Source: Centroscyllium fabricii
Lineage: Eukaryota
Assembly: GCA_051313645.2 (NCBI GenBank)
Contig: JBNRSN020000009.1
Location: 78,864,001 to 78,928,000 of the forward strand
Direction of reading: 5' to 3'
DNA length: 64,000 bases
Positions within the stretch are counted from its first letter, which is position 1. Every line of letters starts with the position of its first letter. The translations under genes were made by a program, and so were the position numbers. Of the stretch, positions 1 through 11,091 are shown one piece after another. The notes below the pieces were generated by a model. It had not been told where the DNA came from. It saw only the letters and a program-made list of their open reading frames with translations, and ran no database searches.

Positions 1-249
1 ATAATCTCCAAGCCATTTCTTTAACACTCATCACAATAGCGGGGGGGGGGGCAGAGTTATGTCTCAACATTCACTAGAACTCATGAAGACACTTCTGAAG
101 GTGCACACAGATCTGTCAAAAAGGTCAAGCGTTGAAAATATAGATTTCACTGTATGGCAACACATTAACAGAAACTTCACATGAACATTGGCTAAACCTC
201 TCAAGTGCCTACCCTTGTGTGTTGTTAGTTGGCATGCCTTGCAGTAAGA

Positions 250-900
250 TGAGGGTGAGTGTGGGGAGTGGCTAGTGAGATGGGAAAGTGATAATGTAGA
301 TATAGAGCGATGGGTGGAGGTGCAAGGTAAGCTGGTGTGAGCAAGGATGTGCAGGAGAAGGGTATGGAAGGCAGAGTGATAGGGATGTGATGAGTGGCAC
401 AGCAGGGTGAGTTTGAGTGTGGCTTTGTCGTAGCGTTTCATAATCCCTGCTTATGTTCTCCTGTGCAATGTGCAACCAGACTGCGTTGATCTCCTGGGGA
501 GGACTCTTGCACCCATGGGAAGGGAAGAGAATCTCCCTGCATGTTGTGACTCCCTCTCCAAGCATATGGAGGGAGACATGCATGAGCCTGGGTGTAGACG
601 TGCACCTTTGTGCAGTACTTGTCAGTGTTTGCAGCACCTCAATGCTGCAGAACGCTGACAGCACAACTGTCAAAATCAATGTGGCCATGGTCCCTTTAAG
701 GAAACCGGGCTGATGACGTGTCATCAAATGATGTCATCAGACCCGCCTCCTGTTAATTGGCCAAGAACCCCACAGGGCAGGCTTAACAAGGCCAATCTAT
801 GGAAAATCATTTTCAGAGAGTGACTGAAGACGTGAGCGGGTCCGGAACCCGCCAACCAGCTCTCCTACTGCCATCCTGCCTCCACAGGGAAAATCAACCC
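250..900 (-). mobile_element. Decayed Harbinger-type element end with Myb/SANT exon remnant
   Basis: ORF 272..727 segment TPRLMHVSLHMLGEGVTTCREILFPSHGCKSPPQEINAVWLHIAQE parallels the Myb/SANT exon at 20500; ends in TIR-like gaaaatcaaccc. Confidence 0.7.
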
Positions 901-1604
901 CAAGTGTCTACATGTAGGGAAGACACATCTTTGGTGATGCCTCACCCCAAGAGTCTCCAACGTAGCCTCTTTCATATGTTCATCCTCCTCCTTTTCATCA
1001 CATCAAAATAAAGTTATTCCCATTAAGAAATCCATGCTTAGAGTGCAAAGCAGTAGTTTGAGCAGAGCTGAGTAAACGTAGCAGCAAAGTCCTAACTCAA
1101 GCCCCAGAATACTAAAACCATCACACAAAAAAACTATTCAGGCAAAGTAACACCAGCCTTCAGTAGCAGCACACAAAATGGCGTCATCAATGTGGTATCT
1201 GCATCAGAAATATCTTGCAGCAACTCTTACTGTCGCTGATTTAATGGTGGTGATTATTTGGAGCTGGTTTGCATCAAAAATGGAGGGGAACAGGGTGCAG
1301 GTATTCGCCAAGCCCCTTTACTCCATTTAAATGTGGCCGTATGGGCTTGTGACAAGCCTTAAAGGGAACTGGGGTTTTTTGGGGGAGGAGAATTCAAGTG
1401 CAAGTTTTTATGGTGAATTTGAGATGGTAGCCTTTAAGAACACATTTTTCTCTGTCTACTTGCCTAAATCTCTCGCCAAACTGGTGGTAAGTCGGAAGAG
1501 AATCCAGGCCATACAGTCTGTCAAAGTGTTATTTGTCTATTAGCTTGAAAGGTTCGATGATATTGTACCTAATGTGCACACTGAAGTAAATCAGTTTGAA
1601 GAGC

Positions 1605-1990
1605 AACAACAACTTGTATCTATATAGCGCCTTTAACATAGTAAAACTTCCCAAGATGCCTCGCAGGAGAGTTATAAAATGGAACTCGACACCGAGCCAC
1701 ATAAGGAGATATTAGGGCAGATGACCAAAAGCTTGGTCAAAGAGTTTTAAGGGGCATCTTAAAGGAGGAAAAAGAGGTAGAGAGGCAGAAAGCTTTTGGG
1801 AGGGAATTCCAGAGCTTAGGGCCTCAGCAGCTGAAGGCACGGCCATCAATGGTGGAGCGATTCAAATCAAGGTTGCTCAAGAGGCTAGAATTAGAGGAGC
1901 GCAGATATCGCGAAGGATTGTGGGGCTGGAGGTGATTACAGAGATAGGGAGGAGCGCGGCCATGGAACGATTTGAAAACAAGGATGAGAA
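1605..1990 (-). mobile_element. L2-type LINE 3' end fragment
   Basis: acaacaacttgtatctatatagcgcctttaac tail; related copy near 49560-49750. Confidence 0.65.
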
Positions 1991-3672
1991 GGATGAAGAT
2001 AAATGGGTTTATTATTTGCCTGGGCCATGCTAACTTCCAGATTACCCTCTGAGTATTGTCAAGTTTCAGGTAATATGAAGCATGGGATTGCTTTGCAGTA
2101 GGCACAAAAAAGTATCTGTAGAGTGTTCAAATCATAATGGTGATGTCTTATTAAATGGTCAAAAATAATTTTAAAAAGTTATAAATGAATTTAAACTCTC
2201 TTAAAAGAGGACTGCTTCTACAATCTAACATTACAAATTTAGGTGTCTGTGATTAATACATTGCTATTGTTAGAAAATGCCAGCCATCAGCATGGCAATG
2301 AAACAAGACGTACTGGCTTAAGTTTTCTGATCACAATACCTACGGTAACCCAATTAAAATGAATGGGCTATTGTCAGCATTATGATCGGAAAAGCTAAGC
2401 CACTTATGTACATTAAGATGTATAACCCACACCTTATTAAACAGGCAGAATTGTGTGTGACTGTGAAGGTTAATAAGATGCTTTGTACTTATAATTCATT
2501 TTTATTAGCTCTGACAGAATTATAAACTATAATTTTCCTGTGTTTCTGACCAAGACAGTTTATTCACGCAACTTTGTCAGTAAGGGATAATCAACGATCG
2601 CCTCCCCCCCGCCCCCCACCCCCATGCAGAAAATGTCAACTTCAAACCCACTTGTGGATTTATAGCTCTCTTGTACGCAAAATAATCATATAAACTCATT
2701 AGCAGGCTGTGGTACAGGCTGTTTTAAAGTGCTGACATTCAGACATCTACAGTTTCCACCCGAAATATCTACTGGTAAGTCATTGCTGTGAATTGGTTTT
2801 GCTAATAAGATATATTTAAGACCACAGGGTACCCATTCTCTAGAATATTTGATTGTCAGTCACCATAAGTTGCAGTTAGTTAGCACTTCAGTATCGTCTC
2901 CAGGGTGCGAATGAACATGGTTTAGGAAGGAGCAAGCCTGCAAGATTTTTGCATAAAGCAAACAATTACAGAGCAAAGGAATGATATTTGGCCCGCAGGA
3001 CCATGGGGGTATTGTTTGCACCTGCTGCTTCAGTGACAGGGAAGTAATTCAACAATACATAAGGCGAAAATGTGTTATTAGTACACGCTATCTCTCAAAG
3101 CAATTTGTAGCTACTTAGATGGACAGAACATTCTGTTAAATCACTATTGCTTTTCTCAGCAAACAAATTAACTTTAATTTAACAAATAAATATATTTATT
3201 TTGCAACATTTATGCTGAAACACTACAAGTTTTCAGGAAAGAGAGGAATATTTCCCAAGCTTTCATCATTTGGGCTCACTGGCACAATTAAAATCGATTC
3301 CTTTGATCAAGAGAATCCCCACAGAAAGTCACTCCCAATACCTTCAGGACTGAAGGTGAGAAAATTGGGCGAAAACTGTGTAAACTTGACTGTTTTGATC
3401 ACATCTGCATATCAGAGGGATTGTTGTCTCTGAATAAGCTCAATTCTAGTCAGGCGGCAACAAAATATTAATTTGAACCCATTTTAAAGACAGACTAAGT
3501 CTCATCTTGTTTCATTAGTTCTTTCTGTAAGTCTGCTGCCTGAATTTGACAAATTTTAATGAAGTAAAATGTGTGACCTTTTCTTTCATTGTCAAGCCTC
3601 TATATCTCTCTGAATTTAGGGATTTAACTTGCATGTCAACAGAGAAGCTGATAGAATTATAGTCACACTTAC

Positions 3673-3705
3673 AGGGACATCCACATACTTGGAAGCTGCT
3701 TTCAC
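3673..3705 (-). CDS. CADPS: CADPS exon VKAASKYVDVP
   Basis: ttaaag|GTGAAAGCA...GTCCCT|gtaagt; 33 nt; the next exon (KPGMD...) was not found in the window. Confidence 0.93.
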
Positions 3706-4336
3706 CTTTAAAACAAAATAGAAAGGGAAATGACAAAAAAAAAATCCTTAGAGTACATGCACAGCAAAAATATCATTAACTTGTTGAGTACATTTTTAAA
3801 GACATTTAAGAAACATTTTCTAAAACACAATGCCTTAAATAATTGGACTTTGTAAAATGACTAGAGTGGAACCTCCATTAACAGCCATAATAGAAGGGAC
3901 ACACCCCTGGTGGACTGTATAGATTAACAGACAGTCAAGAGTCCCCAATTTTGGTCTTACATGTGTGATACAACTATACGTTAGGCATGTAGAGGAAGGA
4001 AGAAAATTCCAATACAAATAAGACAAGTTAAATGTAATCCATCTTGTGCTGTAAAATTGATTTATGTCAGAGGGGATTGGTGTTAGCAAGCTGTACAATA
4101 AAGATGACATCTCACATGTGGTTTTGTTTGACAAAATTCTGGCAGATAATCAGGAAGGTGGATAATTGGAATAATAGAGGTTCGACTGTGTGCTCTGCAC
4201 TGTAAATACAGCAACACTGGATGAAAACTGCGAATATTTCCAAATCTGTTATTTTCTGAACATGAAGAAAAGTATATTTTCATTTTCTCTAAATTATACT
4301 AAGACATATAAATTAATATAAAGACTTTTTTCTTAC

Positions 4337-4420
4337 AGTGAATGAGAGAAAGGATGAGAAGAGAGTCCCTTCATCGTATCTGGACAGTTTGGACAGTACT
4401 CCTTCCAAAATAGTGACAAA
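4337..4420 (-). CDS. CADPS: CADPS exon [28 protein letters not shown]
   Basis: cattag|TTTGTCACT...TTCACT|gtaaga; 84 nt, phase 0-0. Confidence 0.96.
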
Positions 4421-5149
4421 CTAATGAAAGAAAATGATTAGAAGCAAATTAAGTTATTTGCTAAAACTTTAACAGTTCTGCTCCTTCTGATCTTAAAATA
4501 GATAATTGTTACCTGACAAGGTACATGTTGAAGAATCTAAGTTTAACCTACCTCTTACTTTATTGCAGAATACGTAATTCATATGAATGAACTGCAAGGA
4601 TGTGTCTTGCTACTTATATAGTCCAATGCACTGTTGTATATATCTCACTATTTCTGAAAATTGGATCATTAATTTTCATATGAATATGATCTTGATGAGA
4701 TATAGCATTATCATTGTTTAGTTAAGTTAGTAAATTGCCTCTCCGTCTTACCCCTTTCCTATAACCTAATCAAAATGACAAGCAGAAACACCTGCAGTGT
4801 GATTTTTTAATTAATTACTGCCCTCTGGAAGGTTCATTACCACTCTGTTAAAATAGTGATGTATTTGGCATCAACTAATAGCATTTAACAATGCTAACAA
4901 GGATAAGCAGTTGCTTAGTAATCATCCCATTAAACATTTAAAGAAATTAGAGAATGGCAAGTGAAAGGTACATTTTCAATGTGGTGAATCCATGAAACTA
5001 ACCACAATCTATTCTATCTGAGGTTTAAGATGCCCGATTGTGAACATTGGATACATTACAGTTCCCACAGCAGGCAACTCTTAAGGGGGTGTCTTAATTA
5101 AGATTTTAGATTTCTAAAACATAGTCTTGATAGCCATTCTGCGTGGTAC

Positions 5150-5224
5150 CTTAGCAACCATGAGGGTTATCATTTCTTTGACAGTTTCTTCAATCAATTC
5201 ATCGATTTTAGAATGGTATTGCTG
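5150..5224 (-). CDS. CADPS: CADPS exon [25 protein letters not shown]
   Basis: ttttcag|CAGCAATAC...GCTAAG|gtacca; 75 nt, phase 0-0. Confidence 0.95.
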
Positions 5225-5555
5225 CTGAAAAAAATAGAAAAGAACATGGGCAAAATGCGATATTCACTTCTAAAACATGCTGGCCTAGACATGTCACGTC
5301 TTTACCTAATAAAATGTACACACTTTTCTCCTTTACTTAGCTGAGGTTTGGGGAATGTTTGGAGTTATCTGCTAATTAGTTCTGTCCCAAAAACATTTAA
5401 TCATCTATTTAGCTAAATGTCTATTCAGTATTCTAAAATAGTTTTTTGGAGAATTATTTTTACAATGCAGTTTTAAAATAATTTGCGATTATATTGTTGA
5501 TGAAAACAGCCTTCACACCTTCTCTTTAATAGAATGCATCCCTATTACCTTCTTC

Positions 5556-5730
5556 GATAGCAAAATACTGCAGATGCCGGAAATCCGAAACAACAACAGA
5601 AAACGCTGGAAAAACTCAGCAGGCCAGGCAGCATCGGTGGAGCAAAATATTTTGATGAACGCCGACTCTATTTCTCTCCACCGATGCTGCCTGGCCTGCT
5701 GAGTTTTTCCAGCGTTTTCTGTTGTTGTTT
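5556..5730. mobile_element. Penelope-derived inverted terminal-repeat insertion with about 15-bp TSD
   Basis: About 54-bp perfect inverted arms (5589-5642 / 5676-5729); flanks cctattaccttcttc and cctgttaccttcttc; arm matches the Penelope end at 23830-23880. Confidence 0.8.
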
Positions 5731-6849
5731 CCTGTTACCTTCTTCACTGCTTTCAGTCCCTTAAGGAGATGTGCATGCAGAAGAAGGTTTGTATATTTAT
5801 TAATCAAAGCACTAATAACAATATACACTTCTTTGCAGAAAATTAAGTTTCTCTCAATCTCATCCTCTCTAGAAAAGGAGTTAAAAGATACTGGCCTAGA
5901 AAATCCGAGCTGCTTCCGCGATGATTTCAGCATATGATTAGGGTAAGCCATTTTTTTAACAGCAAATTAAGGCAGATGCGCTTACACTGGGTTTCTGCCC
6001 CATAAACGACCTCTTGAATTCCCTCATGTTTTGGCCCTACCTGCGATCAATCTGCCGAGTGCCAAGTGAACTGATTTATGGTGCTACTGTGGCTCTGAGT
6101 TTGCTGCTTTTACACTTGCACTGCACTCGGGGTAAGTTAGAACGAGATTTACAAGTTGCAGCCGTTGCCAGGATCAGCTGAGACAGGCAGAAGTGAGGAA
6201 TTGGTAAGTCTGAAGGGTGCAGAGTTTCAATAGCAATTTCTGCAGCTGAGACTGACCTTTTGGCATTCTACTTGCACAGACCTAAATTTCCTCGTTATGT
6301 TTAAATAATTCACAAATCAACTTTTAATCGACAAAACAGTGGAAAATTCTTGTTACATGTGCTGAGTTATCTGTTAATTTCCAGAAAGGACCTTTCAATG
6401 TGTGAATTACTTCCTTCAGGACATAACATGTTTCTGATAAACAACTAGCACAACCAGCAATAGTTCAATGTCCCCAGTACATATATTTTACTATTAAGTA
6501 ACTAATCTGTTAATTAAACAGATGCACAATGGCACTATTATTTCTTTACTTTGGAATAAAGTCATGTTTATTCTCATCTGATTTATGCACAGCTCAATTT
6601 TTAGCCTTATTGATGAACTGTAATTAGGTTGAAATAGTAAAATGAGTGATGTGCAAATCTGATTATAGATAATCTTTCAATAAGGGGTTGCTATCATTTA
6701 CTGCAAGAAAATCATCATCATCACAAAGGTCATGGTCCTGAAGTTTCATGGTCTTCTCTCAGTCACCCACTATAAATGTGGCAGGAGACTGGCAGATCTG
6801 CCAGAGAAATCATGTACCTGGCTGTAAACAGCCATTTCTGGGGGGCTGA

Positions 6850-8005
6850 AACATAGAAACTAGGAGCAGGAGTAGGCCATTCGGCCCTTCGAGCCTGCTC
6901 CGCCATTCAATGAGATCATGGCTGATCATCCAAACTCAGTACCCTGTCCCTGCCTTCTCCCCATATCCCTCGATCCCTATCGAGCCTGCACCGACACATA
7001 TCCCACCCTATCCCCGTAACTCGGGGGTGGGCTCTGAAGAGGATGTCAGGAAGCTCCAGTGCGCTTTGGACAAGTTGGGGGAATGGGCGGATACATGGCA
7101 AATGCACTATAATGTGGATAAATGTGAGGTTATCCACTTTGGGGGCAAAAACAGGAGGGCAGATTATTATTTAAATGGCAATAGATTGGGAGATGGGGAA
7201 GTGCAGAGAGACCTGGGTGTTCTTGTGCACCTGTCACTGAGGGCGAGCATGCAGGTGCAACAGGCGGTTAAGAAGGCAAATGGTATATTGGCCTTCATAT
7301 CAAGAGGGTTCGAGTATAGGAATAAGGATACCTTACTACAGCTGTACAAGGCACTGGTGAGACCACACCTTGAGTATTGTGTACAGTTTTGGTCGCCTCA
7401 TCTGAGGAAGGATGTTCTTGCCATGGAAGGAGTGCAGTGGCGATTCACCAGGATGATACCTGGAATGGCAGGAATGACCTACGAGGAGAGATTGTGTAGT
7501 TTGGGCTTGTACTCGCTGGAGTTTAGAAGATTGAGAGGGGATCTCATCGAAACATATAAAATTCTGACAGGCCTGGACAGGTTAAATTCAGAAAGAATGT
7601 TTCCAATGGCGGGGGAGTCCAGAACCAGGGGCCACAGTCTAAGGATAAGGGGTAAACCATTTAGGACAGATATGAGGAAGAATTTCTTCACCCAAAGAGT
7701 GGTGAGCCTGTGGAATTCCTTGCCACAGAGGGCAGTGGAGGCCAGTTCATTAAATATATTTAAGAGGGAATTGGATACTTTTCTTCAGGCTAAAGGGATT
7801 AAGGGTTACGGAGAGAAGGTGGGGACAGGGTACTGAACTTGAAAGATCAGCCAAAGATCAGCCATGATCTCATTGAATGGCGGAGCAGGCTCGAAGGGCC
7901 GAATGGCCTACTCCTGCGTTTCTATGTAACCCCACATATTCAATCACCCGAACACTAAGGGTCAATTTATCCTGGCCAATCAACCTAACCCGCACATCTT
8001 TGGAC
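6850..8005 (-). mobile_element. HE1/V-SINE-like SINE with CR1 tail, split by a CR1 insertion
   Basis: 6850-7020 plus 7931-8005 joined equal the reverse complement of 50592-50835. Confidence 0.8.
7021..7925 (+). mobile_element. 5'-truncated CR1 LINE (RT C-terminus and 3' UTR)
   Basis: LVRPHLEYCVQFWSP and LYSLEFRRLRGDLIE motifs; flanked by gtaac direct repeat (7016-7020, 7926-7930). Confidence 0.93.
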
Positions 8006-8850
8006 CACTCCCGGCGGCCATCTTTTTTTTGATTTGCCGCACCACTTGCAGTAAATGAAAGCACCCTTTGGAATTTAAAGGACTTTATCTTTGATAGTTT
8101 TGTCATATATTTGCATTGTTGTAAACTTATTCTGATTCTGGCTGGAGCGGCCGTCATGGAGGCGAGCGGGTGAATACTGGAATGGGCAACACGTCAATCC
8201 GCCCACGAGAGACACCGGGAGTGAGTCCGGTCGGACGGCGGAGCTGGAGGGGTGCGGGATGTCGCTGGATCAGGCCCTCTTATTACAGTAAGGGAGCAGA
8301 ATGTGGGTGAAAGTGGTCTGGCAAATCGAAAAAAAGATGGCCGCCGGGAGTGGCCTGGGAGTTCGAGCGGCTCTGGGGGAGCCGGTACGGTGGGAGAAGC
8401 AGGCCCCGGGCCGTCGGACACTGCTCCTGCTATCGGAGCTTCACATCTGCATCGATGAGTTCGGCGAGTCGGGCGGAGGCAGCGAAGCAGCAGAAGTGGC
8501 AACGGTGATGACGACCCACTGCAGCATGTCTGCCAGCAGCTCCTCGGCGGGAGGCTTGAGGTAACGACTGTGAGGAGGGGGAGCTGGGCATAAAGAAGTA
8601 GGAAGAGGCGGGTGAATGGAACGTCTGAAGAACATCGAACTATGAGAGCAGGAGAAGCTGGAACGGTGCGAGAATGGGACGCATGATGATGGTGCCGAAA
8701 TATGGCTGCCGTCTTACGGGCTCCGTGCGTGGTGGGCAGCTTAGTGTCCTTTGTTGTGCGGTGCATTCGACTCATAAAGAAAGCATTTCACTGTCTAGAT
8801 TGCACCCGTTGTATTTTAGTACATGTGACAAATAAAGTATTGAATTGAAT
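8004..8850 (+). mobile_element. GC/CpG-rich non-coding retroposon with Rex1/Babar-like 3' tail
   Basis: Ends catttcactgt...atgtgacaaataaagtattgaattgaatt; no credible ORF; family assignment from recalled tail. Confidence 0.5.
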
Positions 8851-9450
8851 TTGGCTTTGTAAATAGAGGCATTGAATACAAACAAGGAAGTCATGCGAAA
8901 CGTTTACAAATCACTGGTTAGGCTTCAGCTGGAGTATCGTGTACAATTCTGGGCACTCTTTAGGAAGGATGTCAAGGCCTTGGAGGAGGTACAGAGAACA
9001 TTTACCAGGATGATACCAGGGATGAGCGACTTCAGTTATTTGGAGAGATTGGAAAAGCTGGGATTGTTCTCTTTAGAGCAGAGAAAGTTAAGGGGAAACC
9101 TAATAGATGTCTTTAAAATTATGAGGGGTTTTGAAATAGCAAGTAGGAAGAAACTGGTTCCTCTGTCAAGGGGGTTGGTAACCAGAGGTCATAGATTTAA
9201 AATAATTTGCAAAAGAACTAGAGGGGAAATAAGGAGATTTTTTTTCACAAAGAGGTTTGTTAAGATCTGGAATGCTCTGCCTGCAAGGGTGGTGTAAGCA
9301 GATTCTATAGGAACTTTTAAAAGGACATGTACTTGAAGCGGACTAATGTGCAAGGTTATGAGTTGTGGGACTAAATTGGACAGCTCTTTCATAGGGTTGC
9401 ACAGGTATGATGGGTTGCATGGCCTCCTTCTGTGCTGTATGATTCGATGA
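8851..9450 (+). mobile_element. Older CR1 LINE 3' fragment
   Basis: ORF 8872..9297 LVRLQLEYRVQFW...LGLFSLEQRKLRG. Confidence 0.88.
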
Positions 9451-10228
9451 TTATTGATTAAAAATGTTGGTAAAATTTAAATATTTCATAGACTCAAGAA
9501 AACCCTTTTTATCCTTTGGGGCCTCAAAGTGCTTGCACTCTAAATTTAAAAATCCAGCTTTGAGTATTTGTTGAATTCTGCTTCAAGTGTGTGTCATCCT
9601 CACTGAGTCCCAGGTATATCAGGGATAACAGTGAGATACAGGTTAATTTTCCAATAAATAAATTATATGAATGAATAATTCAAACAAACAAAAGCTAAAT
9701 GAACACTCCTAGAAAATTATGAATCGGGGTAACCAGATTAAACTTTGGTTATTGAATAAGATTTCAACACTAAAAGAATAAAATCATTAGAGGGATGATG
9801 GCCAATCCTACACTTCCAGTGGGGAGCCATGCTGGAGAGGAGAACTGGGATTGCTATCTAAAACATGTTGTTCTGTTAATCCTGTCAGTACAGAAATATT
9901 ACATAGTTTTGAATGTTTCTCTAATTCTACATTATACTATTCTACAATGAAATTGTAGAATGATTAATCTTTGCAGATATTCTTTAATAATTAAACATTT
10001 ATTTTTGATATCTGTAGTACAGATTCAGTATTCAAAGGGTTAAAGTAGCTATATTAGAAGGTATTGCATTGTTTAAAGAATTATACAGATTACAAGTCAT
10101 CTTTATATGCTGTGTAAATATTTTGCTTTAAAAGTTATAATTTGGTAATAATATGCTGCAACTGAATCTGATTTCTGTTGTAAGCTCTTAACTGGAACCA
10201 GTATTTTCATGGAAAAGTGTTAACTTAC

Positions 10229-10376
10229 TTCCTGGCCCGCCTCCATGCTGCAAAGCTTTGTGGACTGTGTCTTGGCATCAACCATCACATTAAACATGGT
10301 GCATATTGACTGCGGGACACGGAAATCTGTTGACCTGCTTGTCTTCTGTAGCTTGGCTTCAAATGCAATCCTAGTC
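10229..10376 (-). CDS. CADPS: CADPS exon [49 protein letters not shown]
   Basis: ggtag|GACTAGG...CAGGAA|gtaagt; 148 nt, phase 2-0. Confidence 0.96.
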
Positions 10377-10935
10377 CTACCAAAGGAAAAAGGATTGTTT
10401 TAAAATCTGAAACACAAAATAGTGTCAGGGCCATCTGTCAGGGTACATGCTTACAAGTGTACAAATGGTATTTTTTATTCAAAAATGTTTATAATTTGTT
10501 TTATATATTCATCATACCTTTATAGAAAAGATATCAAATGGCCTCCAAACATATCTTCCCCAATTCTCCTGTACATTGCTGTCTAAAATATTCCAATTAC
10601 TTTTTACTTCGACATGTAATGAAACTAGTAGAGGCAGCTTGTGAGATTATAGCATCATATTTCACACCGCCTCTCTAACTATGTTACCAGTAAGCATTCC
10701 CATGTAATATCCAAATCAGATTACGTTTATAAGTGAACATAATATGGAATTGTTGACAGCAATTGATTGACGTGCTATGTCAAGCATGCTGCTGTAATAC
10801 AGCAAGGGTTCCTTTCTTTCTAAATTGGCAATCATTAACTATAATTAAATCTTACAGATAATCCACTAAATAGGGATTATGCTCTCAGACAAATACTTGT
10901 TGGGTTTGCTTTCCATTCCCGCTAGAAAGCCTAAC

Positions 10936-11091
10936 CTTTTAACACATGACTCAATCATATCGCTGGACATGAGCTTTAGTCTTTGCTCCAGGTGTTTTGC
11001 AAACTCCTCCTCTGGCCAATGCAGATCTCTAATGAAGGTCTGCAGTGCATCCAGTTTCCAGAAGAGATCTTCTGAGGTTCCTGAGCCATTG
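10936..11091 (-). CDS. CADPS: CADPS exon [51 protein letters not shown](R)
   Basis: ttttcag|CAATGGC...GTTAAAAG|gttagg; 156 nt, phase 2-2. Confidence 0.96.

Noticed and set aside
6910-7836. 308-aa ORF as a gene
   Set aside because: Chimera of an antisense SINE tail read into a 5'-truncated CR1 RT; no independent gene.
5225-10228. 15-nt FAKxW microexon recalled from some CAPS isoforms
   Set aside because: No matching AG-exon-GT found by eye; absence is not proven.
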